Shown piece by piece: positions 1 to 12,500 of a stretch of 64,000 bases of DNA (positions are counted from its first letter, which is position 1; the number at the start of each line of letters is the position of its first letter). The notes beneath the pieces were generated by a model. The model ran no database searches and was not told the origin of the DNA. It saw only the letters and a program-made list of their open reading frames with translations. This DNA comes from an uncultured delta proteobacterium (GTDB taxonomy: Bacteria > Myxococcota_A > Polyangia > Polyangiales > JAFGIB01): positions 637,591 through 701,590 of the forward strand of contig CAVZVA010000002.1 in assembly GCA_963778655.1 (NCBI GenBank), written 5' to 3'. The translations under genes and the position numbers were made by a program.

Positions 1-28
1 TCGTGTGCTCAAACCGTCCGTGAAACAC
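1..28 (-). CDS. mraZ: 5' end of division/cell-wall cluster repressor MraZ (runs off the window edge)
   Basis: Reverse complement of 1..28 reads GTG TTT CAC GGA CGG TTT GAG CAC ACG = MFHGRFEHT, typical of MraZ N-termini. MraZ-box-like repeats lie just upstream. Not in the ORF track. Confidence 0.8.
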
Positions 29-52
29 ACGCGCTCCGCCACCCAAGCCTAG

Positions 53-78
53 GCACTAGGATCCACTTCTTACCACTT
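53..78 (-). promoter_or_regulatory. MraZ operator: AGTGG-type direct repeats with 10-bp period
   Basis: Plus strand GCACT (53-57), CCACT (63-67), CCACT (73-77), i.e. AGTGG/AGTGG/AGTGC on the minus strand at 10-bp spacing, immediately upstream of the mraZ start. Confidence 0.75.
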
Positions 79-374
79 TGATCCGACGCTACGGGGATCG
101 CAGCGTCGCTGTCAACTTCTTTCCCTGTAGCAAGTAGCTGAGATTCCTAGACTTTGCGGCGAGAGTCGGAGCGTGTAGGAAATCGTCGGATGAGCGCATG
201 CACAACGGCCCACCGGCCCATCGCGCGAGCGCTGATGATCCTTTCAGGCAAGGCACGCATCCGGCGGCGCTTTCGGGACACGGGGTGCGCCTAAAGGGGC
301 CGAGGCATACCTTGCGGAGCGCAATGCCGCTCCCGTAGACTTTTTCTATGTTTACGGTCCGTTAGGAGCAGCGC

Positions 375-1045
375 TTGCAACTCGACTTCCAGGCCCGCGA
401 GCTGACGGTCAAGCTGGTCTATTACGGGCCCGCGCTGAGCGGCAAGACGACGAATCTGCAGGCGATCCATCGCCTGCTCGCGCCCGAAGGCCGGGGTCGG
501 CTGATGACCCTGGAGACGCGCGACGACCGCACGCTGTTCTTCGACCTGCTGCCGCTGAGCTTCAGCACCGCCTCCGGCCTCACCGTGCGCATCAAGCTGT
601 TCACGGTGCCCGGGCAGGTGATCCACAACTCGACGCGCAAGCTGGTGCTGCAGGGCGCCGATGGCGTGGCCTTCATCGCCGACTCCCAGACCCAGGAGAT
701 CCGCGCCAACCAGGCGTCCTTCAAGGATCTGCGGCGCAACCTGCGCGAGAACGGGCTCGACGCGGGCAAGATGCCCCTGGTGATCCAGTACAACAAGCGA
801 GATCTGCCCAACATCCGTACCGAGCAGGACATCAAGCGGATGGCGGCGATGGGCAAGGAGCCCACGTTCATGGCCACCGCGACTCACGGCACCGGGGTGG
901 CCGCCACGTTCCTGGGCCTGGTCGAGGCCACCTGGAGGCACCTCGAGGACGAGCACGACCTCAAGGAGCGCTTCGGGCTCGACCACCGGGAAGTGGTGCG
1001 CGATCTCGCGCGGCGCTTTGGCAGCAGCGCCGACGCCGCCACGCT

Positions 1046-1049
<4 letters not shown>
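375..1049 (+). CDS. MglA-family small Ras-like GTPase (paralog, no adjacent mglB)
   Basis: G1 GPALSGKT, DRTLFFD switch I, MglA-type TVPGQ, G4 NKRD. TTG start preceded by AGGAG. Confidence 0.9.
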
Positions 1050-2464
<1,415 letters not shown>

Positions 2465-2601
2465 GCCCCCCCGGCTGGCAGCCGCGCCGCGCATGCGTCC
2501 TCGCCCTCGTCATCGCCCCGTAGTCGTAGTCGAATTCATCCTCGCACTCCGCCGCGCTCACCCGGGGTCGCAGCGTGCCCCCGCTTTGCTACGCTAAGCG
2601 C

Positions 2602-3546
2602 GTGGCCGGCGAGCTCGAGCGCATCGTGGAGATTCGGCGGCGGCTCGAGCACGCGAGCGGCGAGCTGCGCCTGGGCATCGGTGATGACGCGGCCGTGCTG
2701 CTGCCGAGCCCGCGCGGGCAGGCGCTGAGCGTCGACGCGCAGGTCGAAGGTGTTCACTTCCGCCGTAACCTGCTCTCGCTCACGGACATCGGCTACCGTG
2801 CGCTCGCCGCTGCGCTCAGCGACCTGGCTGCGATGGGCGCGCGGCCGCGCGCGGCACTGCTCGCGCTGGTGTTGCCGCCGGAGCTGGCCGACGCCGAGCT
2901 CTACGCCATCATCGACGGCGTGGCGGAGGCCCAGCGCGAGCACGCCTGCGCGGTCGCCGGCGGCAACCTCGCGCGTGGCCGTGAGCTGTCGATCACGACC
3001 ACCGTCGTGGGCGACGCGCCGGAGCCGCCGCTGAGCCGCGCCGGCGCTCGCCCGGGCGACGCATTGCGGGTGACCGGAACGCTGGGCGGGGCCGCGCTCG
3101 GGCTGGCGCTGCTGCAAGCGGGCCGTGGCGAGATCGCGCCGCGCAGCGTGCAGCGCTGGCGGCGACCCGCGCCGCGGATCGCCGACGGGATGGCATTGTG
3201 CGGCGTGGCGAGCGCAGCGATCGACGTCTCGGATGGGCTGCTGCGCGACCTCCAGCATGTGGCCGAGGCCTCGGGCGTCGGCTTCGAGCTCGAGCTCGCG
3301 CGGCTGCCGCTCGACCCGGAGCTATCCGCGGGCGCGCGCGCGCTCGGGCTCGACGCGACCGCCCTCGCGCTGAGCGGGGGCGAGGACTACGAGCTGTTGT
3401 TCACGGCCGCCGATGACGCGACTCGGAGCCCGGGCACGCGCATCGGGCGGGCCACCGTCGCGCCGGGGTTGCGCCTGCTGGACGCGCGCGGGCGCAACGT
3501 GGCCCCACCGGCCCTTCCGGGCTTCGACCACTTCGCGGACCGCTGA
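2602..3546 (+). CDS. thiL: Thiamine-monophosphate kinase
   Basis: GIGDDAAV, EGVHF, SDLAAMGA, DVSDGL, GGEDYELLFT motifs. GTG at 2602 chosen because an extended -10 (TGcTACGCT) lies 6 nt upstream. Confidence 0.93.
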   Translation: MAGELERIVEIRRRLEHASGELRLGIGDDAAVLLPSPRGQALSVDAQVEGVHFRRNLLSLTDIGYRALAAALSDLAAMGARPRAALLALVLPPELADAELYAIIDGVAEAQREHACAVAGGNLARGRELSITTTVVGDAPEPPLSRAGARPGDALRVTGTLGGAALGLALLQAGRGEIAPRSVQRWRRPAPRIADGMALCGVASAAIDVSDGLLRDLQHVAEASGVGFELELARLPLDPELSAGARALGLDATALALSGGEDYELLFTAADDATRSPGTRIGRATVAPGLRLLDARGRNVAPPALPGFDHFADR

Positions 3547-3689
3547 GCGCCGTGCACCCCCTCGGCGGCCTCGCGAGGGTGCAGGTAGGCCGCTCCCTAG
3601 TCGTGAATTATCCACTATTTTCAAGTATTTCTGAGCGGTACGCTTTCGTTGCCGGGCACCGTATCCTATGAAGCAACGACGGGAAGTGC

Positions 3690-4442
3690 GTGGATCCGAA
3701 GGCCCTCAAGACTCTGCTCGAAGAAGTCGCGCGCGGCGAGACCGCGGTCGAGGGCGCACTGGAGCGATTGCGCGACCTTCCGTTCAAGGATCTCGGTTTC
3801 GCCACCGTCGATCACCACCGCGCGCTACGGGTGGGGATTCCCGAAGTGGTATTCGGGCTGGGCAAGTCCTACGAGCAGCTCGAAGGGATCGTGGAGGAGC
3901 TGGCGCGCTCCGGCCAGAACGTGCTGGTGACGCGCCTGGAGGCCGAGCTCGGCGCACGCCTGGTCGGGCGCTTCACGGCGCTGCGCTACGACGCGATCTC
4001 GCGCACCGCAGTGCTGGCCCAGACCCCACCGGAGAACAGAGGCCGGGGTCCGCTCGCGATCGTGACTGCTGGCACCAGTGACATTCCAATTGCCGAAGAA
4101 GCAGCGGTCACCGCGCAGGCTTTCGGCAACGAGGTGCTGCGCGTCTACGACGTGGGCGTGGCGGGCGTACACCGCCTGCTCGGGCGCCGCGCCACGCTCG
4201 ATGCGGCCAGCGTGGTGATCGTGGTGGCCGGCATGGAAGGTGCGCTGGCGAGCGTGGTCGGTGGGCTGGTGGCCAAACCCGTGATCGCCGTGCCCACCTC
4301 GGTCGGCTACGGCGCGAGCTTCGGCGGCATCGCGGCGCTGCTCGCGATGCTCAACAGCTGCGCCTCCGGCGTAACCGTGGTCAACATCGACAACGGCTTC
4401 GGCGCGGCTTACGCGGCCACGCTGATGAACCGCCTGCCATGA
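3690..4442 (+). CDS. larB: Nickel-pincer cofactor biosynthesis carboxylase/hydrolase LarB (PurE-like)
   Basis: DHHRALRVGIPEVVFGLGK, AGTSDIPIAEEA, DVGVAGVHRL, VAGMEGAL, PTSVGYG, VVNIDNGFGAA. Confidence 0.93.
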   Translation: MDPKALKTLLEEVARGETAVEGALERLRDLPFKDLGFATVDHHRALRVGIPEVVFGLGKSYEQLEGIVEELARSGQNVLVTRLEAELGARLVGRFTALRYDAISRTAVLAQTPPENRGRGPLAIVTAGTSDIPIAEEAAVTAQAFGNEVLRVYDVGVAGVHRLLGRRATLDAASVVIVVAGMEGALASVVGGLVAKPVIAVPTSVGYGASFGGIAALLAMLNSCASGVTVVNIDNGFGAAYAATLMNRLP

Positions 4443-4491
4443 GCCGGGGGCTCCCGGACCACGACACCTGAGCGCGAACCCGGTTATCTGC

Positions 4492-5802
4492 ATGGCTGAA
4501 GATCGGCAACAGCGCGGTGGCGGGCACGGGCACGAGCACGGGCACGGGCACGGGCACGGGCACGACCAAGAGGCTGGGCAGCGGGGGGAGCTGGAGCGGG
4601 GGGCCGGGGTGGGGATGGTGTTGTTCGTGGATGCGTTCAGCGGGGTGGCAGGTGACATGCTGGTCGCCGCGCTGGTGGACCTGGGCGTGCCTGCCGGGTT
4701 GCTCGAGCAGGCGCTCGGGTCGCTGCCGCTGCAGGGTTACGCGTTGCGCTTCGGGTCACGTGTGCGGAGCGGAATCGCGGCGCGCTCGCTCGACGTGCAG
4801 GTGCAAGGGGAGCAGCCGTCGCGCGACTATGCCGCAATCCGCTCGCTGCTGGACCGGGCCGATGCGCTCGCGGCCGGCGCGCGTGCGATCGCGCAACACG
4901 CCTTCCGCTTGCTGGCCGAGGCCGAGGCCGAGGTACACGGCATGCCGATCGAGCACGTACACTTCCACGAGGTGGGCGCGGTCGACTCGATCGTGGACAT
5001 CGTCGCGGCCGCGGTCGGGCTCGACCATCTCGGCGCCGAGGTGATCTGCTCGCCGCTGCCGATGGGGCGCGGCCTGCTGCACGCGCAGCACGGCGTGCTG
5101 CCCTCGCCCGCACCGGCGACCGTGCTCTGCCTACAGGGCGTGCCGACCTACGACGCCGGCATCGACGCCGAGCTGGTCACGCCCACCGGCGCATGTCTGG
5201 TTCGCGCGACCGCCAGGGGCTTCGCGCGCTGGCCCAGCATCCGACCGCAGCGCGTGGGCTGGGGCGCGGGCGCGCGCGAGCTCGCCGATCGGCCGAACCT
5301 GCTGCGCCTGGTGCTGGGCGAGCCGGCCGGCGGGCTCGAGCTGAACGCGATGCCGACCCCATACGTCCTGCTCGAGCTCAATCTCGATGACCTTAGCGGC
5401 GAGCTGGCCGCGGTTGCGCTCGCGCATGCGCTGGAGGCGGGCGCGCTCGACGCGTGGTCGACGCCCATCGGCATGAAGAAGGGCCGGCCAGCGCTGATGC
5501 TCTCCGCGCTGGCCGAACGCGCGCGAGCGGACGGCGTGGCCCGTGCGCTGTTGAGCGAGACCACGAGCCTCGGCCTGAGGATACGCGAGGTCGCGCGCAT
5601 CGAGCGCAAGCGCCGCATGGTAGAGGTGACGACGCCCTACGGCCAGATCGCGCTGAAGGTCGCCGACGGCGACGGGCTGCCTCCCAATCTCGCTCCCGAG
5701 TACGAGGCCTGCAGACTCGCGGCCGAAACGCACCGGGTTCCGGTCAAGCAGGTGTATGCTGCGGCTATCGCGGCCTATCTCGCCACGAGCGATCAGAGCT
5801 GA
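4492..5802 (+). CDS. larC: Nickel-pincer cofactor nickel insertase LarC with His-rich N-terminus
   Basis: SGVAGDMLVAALVDLG, HFHEVGAVDSIVDI, PAPAT, ELVTPTGA, NLDD, MKKGRP, ETTSLGLR, PEYE. Confidence 0.93.
   Translation: MAEDRQQRGGGHGHEHGHGHGHGHDQEAGQRGELERGAGVGMVLFVDAFSGVAGDMLVAALVDLGVPAGLLEQALGSLPLQGYALRFGSRVRSGIAARSLDVQVQGEQPSRDYAAIRSLLDRADALAAGARAIAQHAFRLLAEAEAEVHGMPIEHVHFHEVGAVDSIVDIVAAAVGLDHLGAEVICSPLPMGRGLLHAQHGVLPSPAPATVLCLQGVPTYDAGIDAELVTPTGACLVRATARGFARWPSIRPQRVGWGAGARELADRPNLLRLVLGEPAGGLELNAMPTPYVLLELNLDDLSGELAAVALAHALEAGALDAWSTPIGMKKGRPALMLSALAERARADGVARALLSETTSLGLRIREVARIERKRRMVEVTTPYGQIALKVADGDGLPPNLAPEYEACRLAAETHRVPVKQVYAAAIAAYLATSDQS
4522..4563 (+). repeat. Hexamer tandem repeat (GGGCAC)x7 encoding a Gly-His tract
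   Basis: Seven GGGCAC units, one of them GAGCAC, encoding GHGHEHGHGHGHGH. Confidence 0.9.
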
Positions 5803-5850
5803 GGGTCGTGGAGCGAGAACGACGGTAGGGCCAAGGGGAACGCGGCGGTC

Positions 5851-6537
5851 ATGAGGCGAGCGGGGAATCGCGGGACGAGCGCGCCGATCGACGCGCGCCG
5901 CTGCGGGGTGATCGGCGATGTGCACACCGAGCGCGTGCGCCTGCAGGGCGTGCTCACCCATCTTCGGGCGCTCGGGCTCGAGCACATCGTCTGCACCGGC
6001 GACGTGCCCGACGGCCCGCACGGCGCGCGCGAGGTCGATGCCTGCTGTGCGCTGCTCGGCGCCGCAGGCGTGTACACCATCAGCGGCAACCACGATCGCT
6101 GGCTGCAGGACAGCGAGATGCGCGACCTGCCCGGAGCGACCGACCGCCACGAGCTGACGCAGGCCACGCTCGATTTCCTCGCGGCGCTGCCCGTGACGCT
6201 GTCGCTGCGTACCCCGTCCGGTTCGCTGCTGGTGTGTCACGGGATGGGCGAGGACGACATGGCCGGGTTGCAGTCGTTCGACCGCGGCTTGGCGCTCGAG
6301 AGTAACGAGGCTCTGCAGGAGCTGCTTCGCCAGCGTCGCTATCGCTACGTGGTGGCGGGCCACACCCACCGCCCGATGGTGCGCGCGATCGAGGGCATCA
6401 CCTTCATCAACGCCGGCACTCTGCTCGGCGGGCAGAGCCCGTGCTGCGCAGTCGCCGATTTCGAGCGCAAGCAGCTTCAGCTCTACGACGTGGCCGAAGA
6501 CGGATCGGTCACCCCGGGCGCCACTTTCGAGCTGTGA
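5851..6537 (+). CDS. Metallophosphoesterase (calcineurin-like, YfcE-like)
   Basis: GDVH, GD, GNHD, H, GHTH and INAG motifs in the canonical order. Confidence 0.88.
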   Translation: MRRAGNRGTSAPIDARRCGVIGDVHTERVRLQGVLTHLRALGLEHIVCTGDVPDGPHGAREVDACCALLGAAGVYTISGNHDRWLQDSEMRDLPGATDRHELTQATLDFLAALPVTLSLRTPSGSLLVCHGMGEDDMAGLQSFDRGLALESNEALQELLRQRRYRYVVAGHTHRPMVRAIEGITFINAGTLLGGQSPCCAVADFERKQLQLYDVAEDGSVTPGATFEL

Positions 6538-6588
6538 GCCTTGCGCCGCCGCCGCGGGCTACGGCGCGCTCCTCGCTTTCCTGGCCGC

Positions 6589-9500
6589 TCAGGGTGCCGG
6601 CGAGGTGGCGGTACAGATGCGCAGCGTCCAACCCGTGATCTGCACCCGATCGCCGCCGTTCTGCGAGCCCGGACCGTTGCGATTGTCGTTCACGGTCATG
6701 GTCCACGTGCCGTTGGAGCTCTGGCCGTTGAACCTGGTGAACGGGTTGATCGGCTTGTAGGCGTTGGCGATGCTGCCGCCAGTGGGCGCCGTGTTGTTGT
6801 TGCAGAAAGGATTGGTGTTGGTCCCGTTCGGAACCGTGTTGGTCGCGCTGTCCGACAGATCGAAGGCCCAGTTGAGCGTGCAGTTTCCGCTGGACACGCA
6901 GCAGTCGCCCGCGGGTATGAGGTTGACGCTGGTGCCCGCGGGGCTCGACAGCCTGAAGGACAGATCGCCGAACGCCTGATGGTTGCCGGTCGCATCTAGG
7001 ATCTGCACGCTGGAGATCGTGCCCGAGGCGCCCGAAACGCTGAGCGTGGTCGAAGTGTCGCCGGTGCTGCCAGACGCGTTCACGGTGGTCGTGGACACGT
7101 AGTTGGTGCAGGTCGTGGTCACCGCCGGGTACCAGCAGCAGCGGAAGCCGGTGTTGGGGAAACGGAAGGTATTCGCGCCCACGGTGAAGTTGAAGTCGCA
7201 GGTGCGCCCGCTCTCGAGGTCGTTGTAGCTGCCGCCGCGGATCTCGTAGATGTTCGTGCCCTGGGCGGTGTTGGTCCACTCCTGCAGGTTGCCCGACAGA
7301 TCGTGCACGTCTCCATCGGCCCACGGCGCGCGGCACTCGGGGAACGCGCTCGAGCCGGTCACCGTGGCGCACTCGCTCACCCCCGAGGGGCAGGTGACCA
7401 GGCCGGCGTTGAGCGCCTCGGCACCCACGCACGCGTTCTGATACGTGCTCACGCGCGGATCGTGGTCGCAGACCGCGTTGGAGGCGTTGCTGTAGCCCCA
7501 AGTGCAGCTGCCGCTCGCGGGCGTGATCGCATCGGGATGCTTGCAGGTGTAGTCCCAGGTCGACGAATCGCACAGCCGCCAGCCCTGCCCCGCGGGATCA
7601 CAACCCGCCGGGCTGGTGCTCGGGTCCACCCCGGCGGCGGTGTTGAGCGCGCAGCACGCGGCCTCGGCCTCGTCCCAGGTGACGTTCGCCCACGGCAGCA
7701 CGTTGTTCACCGAGCAGGCCTTGGCCGTGCGGGCACCCGCGGAGGTCGAGCTGGCATCCGGTCGCGAGGGCTCGTACGCCATCACCAGGGTGTGCCCGGT
7801 CGAGGCGCCCAGATCGACCAAGTCGAAGTTGCCGACCGCATTGCTCGGCGTTGGCGGTCCGAAATCGTCGATCTTGCCGTTGCAGTCGTTGTCCTTGCCG
7901 TCGCAAGTCTCGGCCGAGCCCGCGGACGGAGTGGCGGCATTGCAGACCGAGGCCGTGCTGGTCGGATTGCCACCGTCGCACACGTAGCTGCCCGTGGTCA
8001 TGCAAGCGCCCTGACCCTTGCTGCAGGGCTGCCCGATCGGGGGTTGCATCATCTCGTCGGTCGCCCCGTCGCAGTCGTTGTCCTTGCCGTCGCAGAGCGT
8101 CTCGGTGGCCTGGTAGTTGGCGATCGCGCCGCCGCTGTTGTTGACCGCGTTCTGCACGTTGCAACCGAGCACGCCGTTGGTGCAGCTGGGCCCGTAGGTG
8201 ACCAGCGCGTTGAGCGCCGCCTGCGAGGCGGCGCACACGCCGGTCTCATTCGGCACGCACACCACCGACGGGATCGTGGTGAGGTCGTCGACGATGCCGT
8301 TGCAATCGTTGTCCTTACCGTCGCAGATCTCGTTGCCGGTGACGGTGCACTGGGTCTCGCAGCCGTCGTGGTAGTCGTGGTTCTCGTCGGCATAGCCGGT
8401 CGAGCAGGCGCCGATCTTGCACTGGCCACCCTGGCACACCAGCACCGCGTTGCCGGTGACGCCGCTGTTGAACTGGCACTTGTTGCCGCACGCGCCGCAG
8501 TTGTTCACGTCGGTGGAGATGTCGAAGCCTTCATCGGTCTTGCCGTCGCAATCGTCGTCAGCCCCGTTGCCGCCTGGCACGTCGCCGCACGCCTCGGGCA
8601 CCGGAAACACGGCGTTGTTCGGGTACACGCACTGGATGCGGCCGTCTTTGCACTGCCTGGTGCCGCTGCTGCCGGGGCAGCAGCTGAAGCCCGAGAGGTC
8701 GCAGCAGGTCGAGCCGTCGTACGCGGCCGGGCTGCCTTCGTCGGTGGCGCCGTCGCAGTCGTTGTCGATGCCGTCACAAGCGACTTCCGGCGTATTGGTC
8801 TGCGCCGGCGGCACGTAGGTCGCGCTCGGCATCGCCCCCTGGCAGGTCACGGTCGGGCTCGCGCCGGAGCTGCACACGGTCGTGCCCGTCCTGCACACGC
8901 CGACGTTGGGCGGGCCGCAGGGCTTGCCCACCGCCGGATCGGTCACGGCGACGCCGTTGGTCGGATTGCCATCGCAGTCCTGATCGATCGAGTCGCACAG
9001 CTCGGCCTGCGGTGACACCTCGCCCTGACAGCCGATCTTGCCGGCCACGCACACGGTTGTGCCCGTCTTGCACACGCCGGTCGAAGCCGACGCCGGCGGG
9101 TTGGTGTTGACCGAGCCGTCGCTGTTGGTGATGCAGGCGTTGCCTTCGCTCGGCAGCGGGATGTCCTGATTGCTGGCGTCCTTGTCGTGCTCGTCGATCA
9201 ACCCATCGCAGTCGTTGTCCTTTCCGTCGCACTCTTCCGGGACCGGCGGCACTTGGTTGTCGCAGCTCAGCGTCTTGGTGTCGAGGTGACAGGTCTGCAC
9301 GCCGAAGGCGCACTCGCCTGTATCGATGCCGCAGCTCTTACCCACGCGGGTGTCGGGTCCGCTGGTAGCGGTGGTGCCACCGGTGGTGTCCGGCGAGAAG
9401 CCGTTGAGCGGGTTTCCGTCGCAGTCGTGATCCTTGTCGTCGCACAGCTCGACCGCTTCGGGCGCCACCTCTCCGCGGCACACCAGGTTGCCGCTTTCGC

Positions 9501-12500
9501 ACACCGTGCTGCCGGTCTTGCACAACGTCGCTGCCGTCCACTGCGACGGATTGGCGGTGACGATTTGCACGCCGTTGGCGCCGTTGAGGCACTGCTGGCC
9601 CTCGCCGGGCTTGACCCCGTTCTCGGCCTCGTCCGCCTGACCGTCGCAGTCGTCGTCGAGCCCGTTGCACACCTCGGGCACCGGACCCTGACCGCCGCGG
9701 CACTCGAGCGGCGTGACCACACCTCCACTGCAACCCGCAAGCGGGATCTGCAGCGTGCCCTTGCTGCACTGGCTGCCCGGAAGCGCATCGCCGCAAGGCA
9801 GGCCGAGATTGGGATCGTCGGTGTCGACTTGTCCGTCGCAGTTGTTGTCCAGGCCGTCGCACACCTCTTGCGAGGGCCCCTGCCCGCCCGTACAGGTCGG
9901 CACGCCGCCCGTGCACACCACGGTGCCGGGCTTGCACACGCCCACGTTGTTGCCGCAGGCCACGCCGATGCGGCTGTCGGTGGCGTTGCTGACGTCCTCG
10001 TCGGTCTTGCCGTCGCAGTCATCGTCCAGACCGTTGCATATCTCGTCGGTCGCCGGCTGCACCGGACAGCGGTACTCGCAGCCGTTGGGCTGCTTGCCGT
10101 CCACGTTGGCAAAGCCGCTGTCGCACTTGGTGTCGTCGAGCTGGCACATCGCGTCGACGCACGCGGCGCCGTCCTTGGCGTGCGCGAAGCTGCAGCGGAA
10201 TGAGCAGCGGCCGCAGTTCTGCGGGTCGTTCTGCAGGTCCACGTTCTCGTCGACCTTTCCGTCGCAGTCGTTGTCGACCAGGTCGCACAGCGAATCGTCA
10301 TCGGCGGTCTTGACGCAGCGGTACTCGCAACCGTTGCTGTCGTCGCCGTCGAGATTGTGGAAGCCCACATCGCAGCCCTGGTCGCCCTTGGTCTTGTCGA
10401 TCCCGCACATCCCGCCCGAGCAAATATTAAAGGCGTGCTCCAGCGCGCAGGCCATGCCGCATCCGCCGCAATTGTTGACGTCGGTATTGGGATCGATATT
10501 GGAGGCGGCGAGGTCCACGTCCTCGTCGGTCTTGCCGTCGCAGTCATCGTCGATGCCGTTACACAGCTCGACCGTCATGCACGCATCGGGCTTCTTCGTG
10601 CTGGCGTCGCCCCCGTCCACCGATCCGTCAGGTTGCCCGGTATTGCCGCCCGGTCCCGCGTCGTGGCCGGTCTGGCCGCCGCCCCCGTCGGCCTTTCCGT
10701 TGGGGATGCTGCCGCCATCCTGCGTGGGCTTGCCCTTCTTGCTGCTCGGGCAGTCCAGACAGAAGGTGTCGACCTTACAACCGGAGCCGAGCAGAGTCGC
10801 GCTCGCCAGCACCAGCGCGAGCCACGCGCCGCTGGAGGCCAGCGTGCGCAGCCTGGAGCGCCTGCGCCTGCCCAGCGCCAGCAGCAGCAGCGCCAGCAGC
10901 AGCACGCTCAGCGGCCCGCGGCGCGAGCCCGACGCGTTCTGCTTCGCGCCCACGCCCACGCTGCAGGCGCAGCCGCCGCCGCCGGTGGCGACCACGCGCG
11001 TCCCGGCAGCCGCCGCCCCCTCGCCGGTGCCGTTGCCGCTGCCCGCGATGCTCTTGCACTGACTGTCGACGCAGTTGAAGCCGACCTGGCAGGTCTCACC
11101 TGCGTTGGCGTCCTTGCAGTCGTCCTTGGCTCCGCAGTGCCGCATGTCGGTGTGCGGATCGACGCACTCGCCGCCACAGTTCAACAGCTGATTGGCGCAG
11201 GTGTCGCTGCACTTGCCGAGCGAGCAAACCTGCGTGCCGGTGCACGCGGTGCCCGCGTTCTGGCCCATGCAATCGGTGGTCGCGCCGCAGTGGGCGCGGC
11301 TGGTCTGCGGGTTCACGCAACTGGGATCGCAGAACAGCAGGTTGCCCGAGCAACGCAGCTCGCACTGCCCGGTATCGCTGTTGCACTTCTGGCCGTACGG
11401 GCAATGGGTTGCCAGGCACACGTCCTGCACGCAGTTGCCCTTGACCTGATCGCAGGTCTGGCCGTCGGGACAGCCGCTCTGGACGCACGCCCCTTCCAGC
11501 ACGCACTTGCCCGTGGCCGGATCGCAGACGTTGCCGGTGTCGCACGCCACCCCGTGACAGTGGTCCGCCACACAGGTGCCGTCCTGGCAGCGGTTGTCTG
11601 GGCTGCAGGTGACCGTGGCACAGCTCGCGTAACACTGGCCGCCACGGCAAACCTGGTCGGCCGCGCACTTCGCGGTCGAGCACGGATCGTCGACGCACTG
11701 CCAGACGTTGTCCGAGAGGCTGCAGGTCTTGTCCGACGGACAGCGGAACTGCGGTAGCAGACAGCTCTCCTGCTTGCAGCGGCCGTCGGTCGGGTCGCAC
11801 ACCAGACCGGAGTCGCAGGTCACGCCGGAGCAGCGGAAGGTGCACACGTTGTTCTTGCAGAAGCACGAGCCGACCAGGTCGCTCTTCGGTGCGCACTGCA
11901 CCTCGTCGTTGACCATGATCGTCTGGCCCTGGCATTCGGCGTCCTTGCACTGCGCGCCGACGCAGTAGCAGTTACCGTTGTCGTCCACCGGAGCCTTGCC
12001 GTTCGGGCACTGCGCCGCGAACTCGGTGCTCGCCGCGCAAGGCAGCGCGCACTGGCACATGACGCAGGCGCTGCCGGCGGGGCAGACCGGGTTGTTGCCG
12101 GTGTCCTCGTCGGTGGTGCCGTCGCAGTCGTTGTCCAGGCAGTCGCAGCTCTCGGGCTGCGGACCCACCTCGCCCGAGCACACCGTCCTGCCGCCGACGC
12201 AGGCCAGCTTGCCCTGCTTGCACTCGCCCACGTTCGAACCGCATGGCTCGCCCAGGCCCAGGCCCTCGTCGACCATGCCGTCGCAGTCGTTGTCGAGGCC
12301 GTCGCACACCTCGTCGATCGGCGGCACGCTGCCCTGGCAGACCAGGTCGCCCGTGCCCCCGGCCGGACATACCAGCACGCCGGGCTGGCACTCGCCCACG
12401 TTGGAGCCGCAGGGCGCGCCGGTGGGGATGTTCTCGTCGATCAGCGTGTCGCAGTCGTTGTCCTTGCCGTCGCAGATCTCGTCGGCCGGTCCGACGTAGT

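Noticed and set aside
7130..7800. Active formylglycine-generating enzyme or diversity-generating retroelement target
   Set aside because: Lacks the paired catalytic Cys after RGGS. No reverse transcriptase or template repeat was seen in the window.
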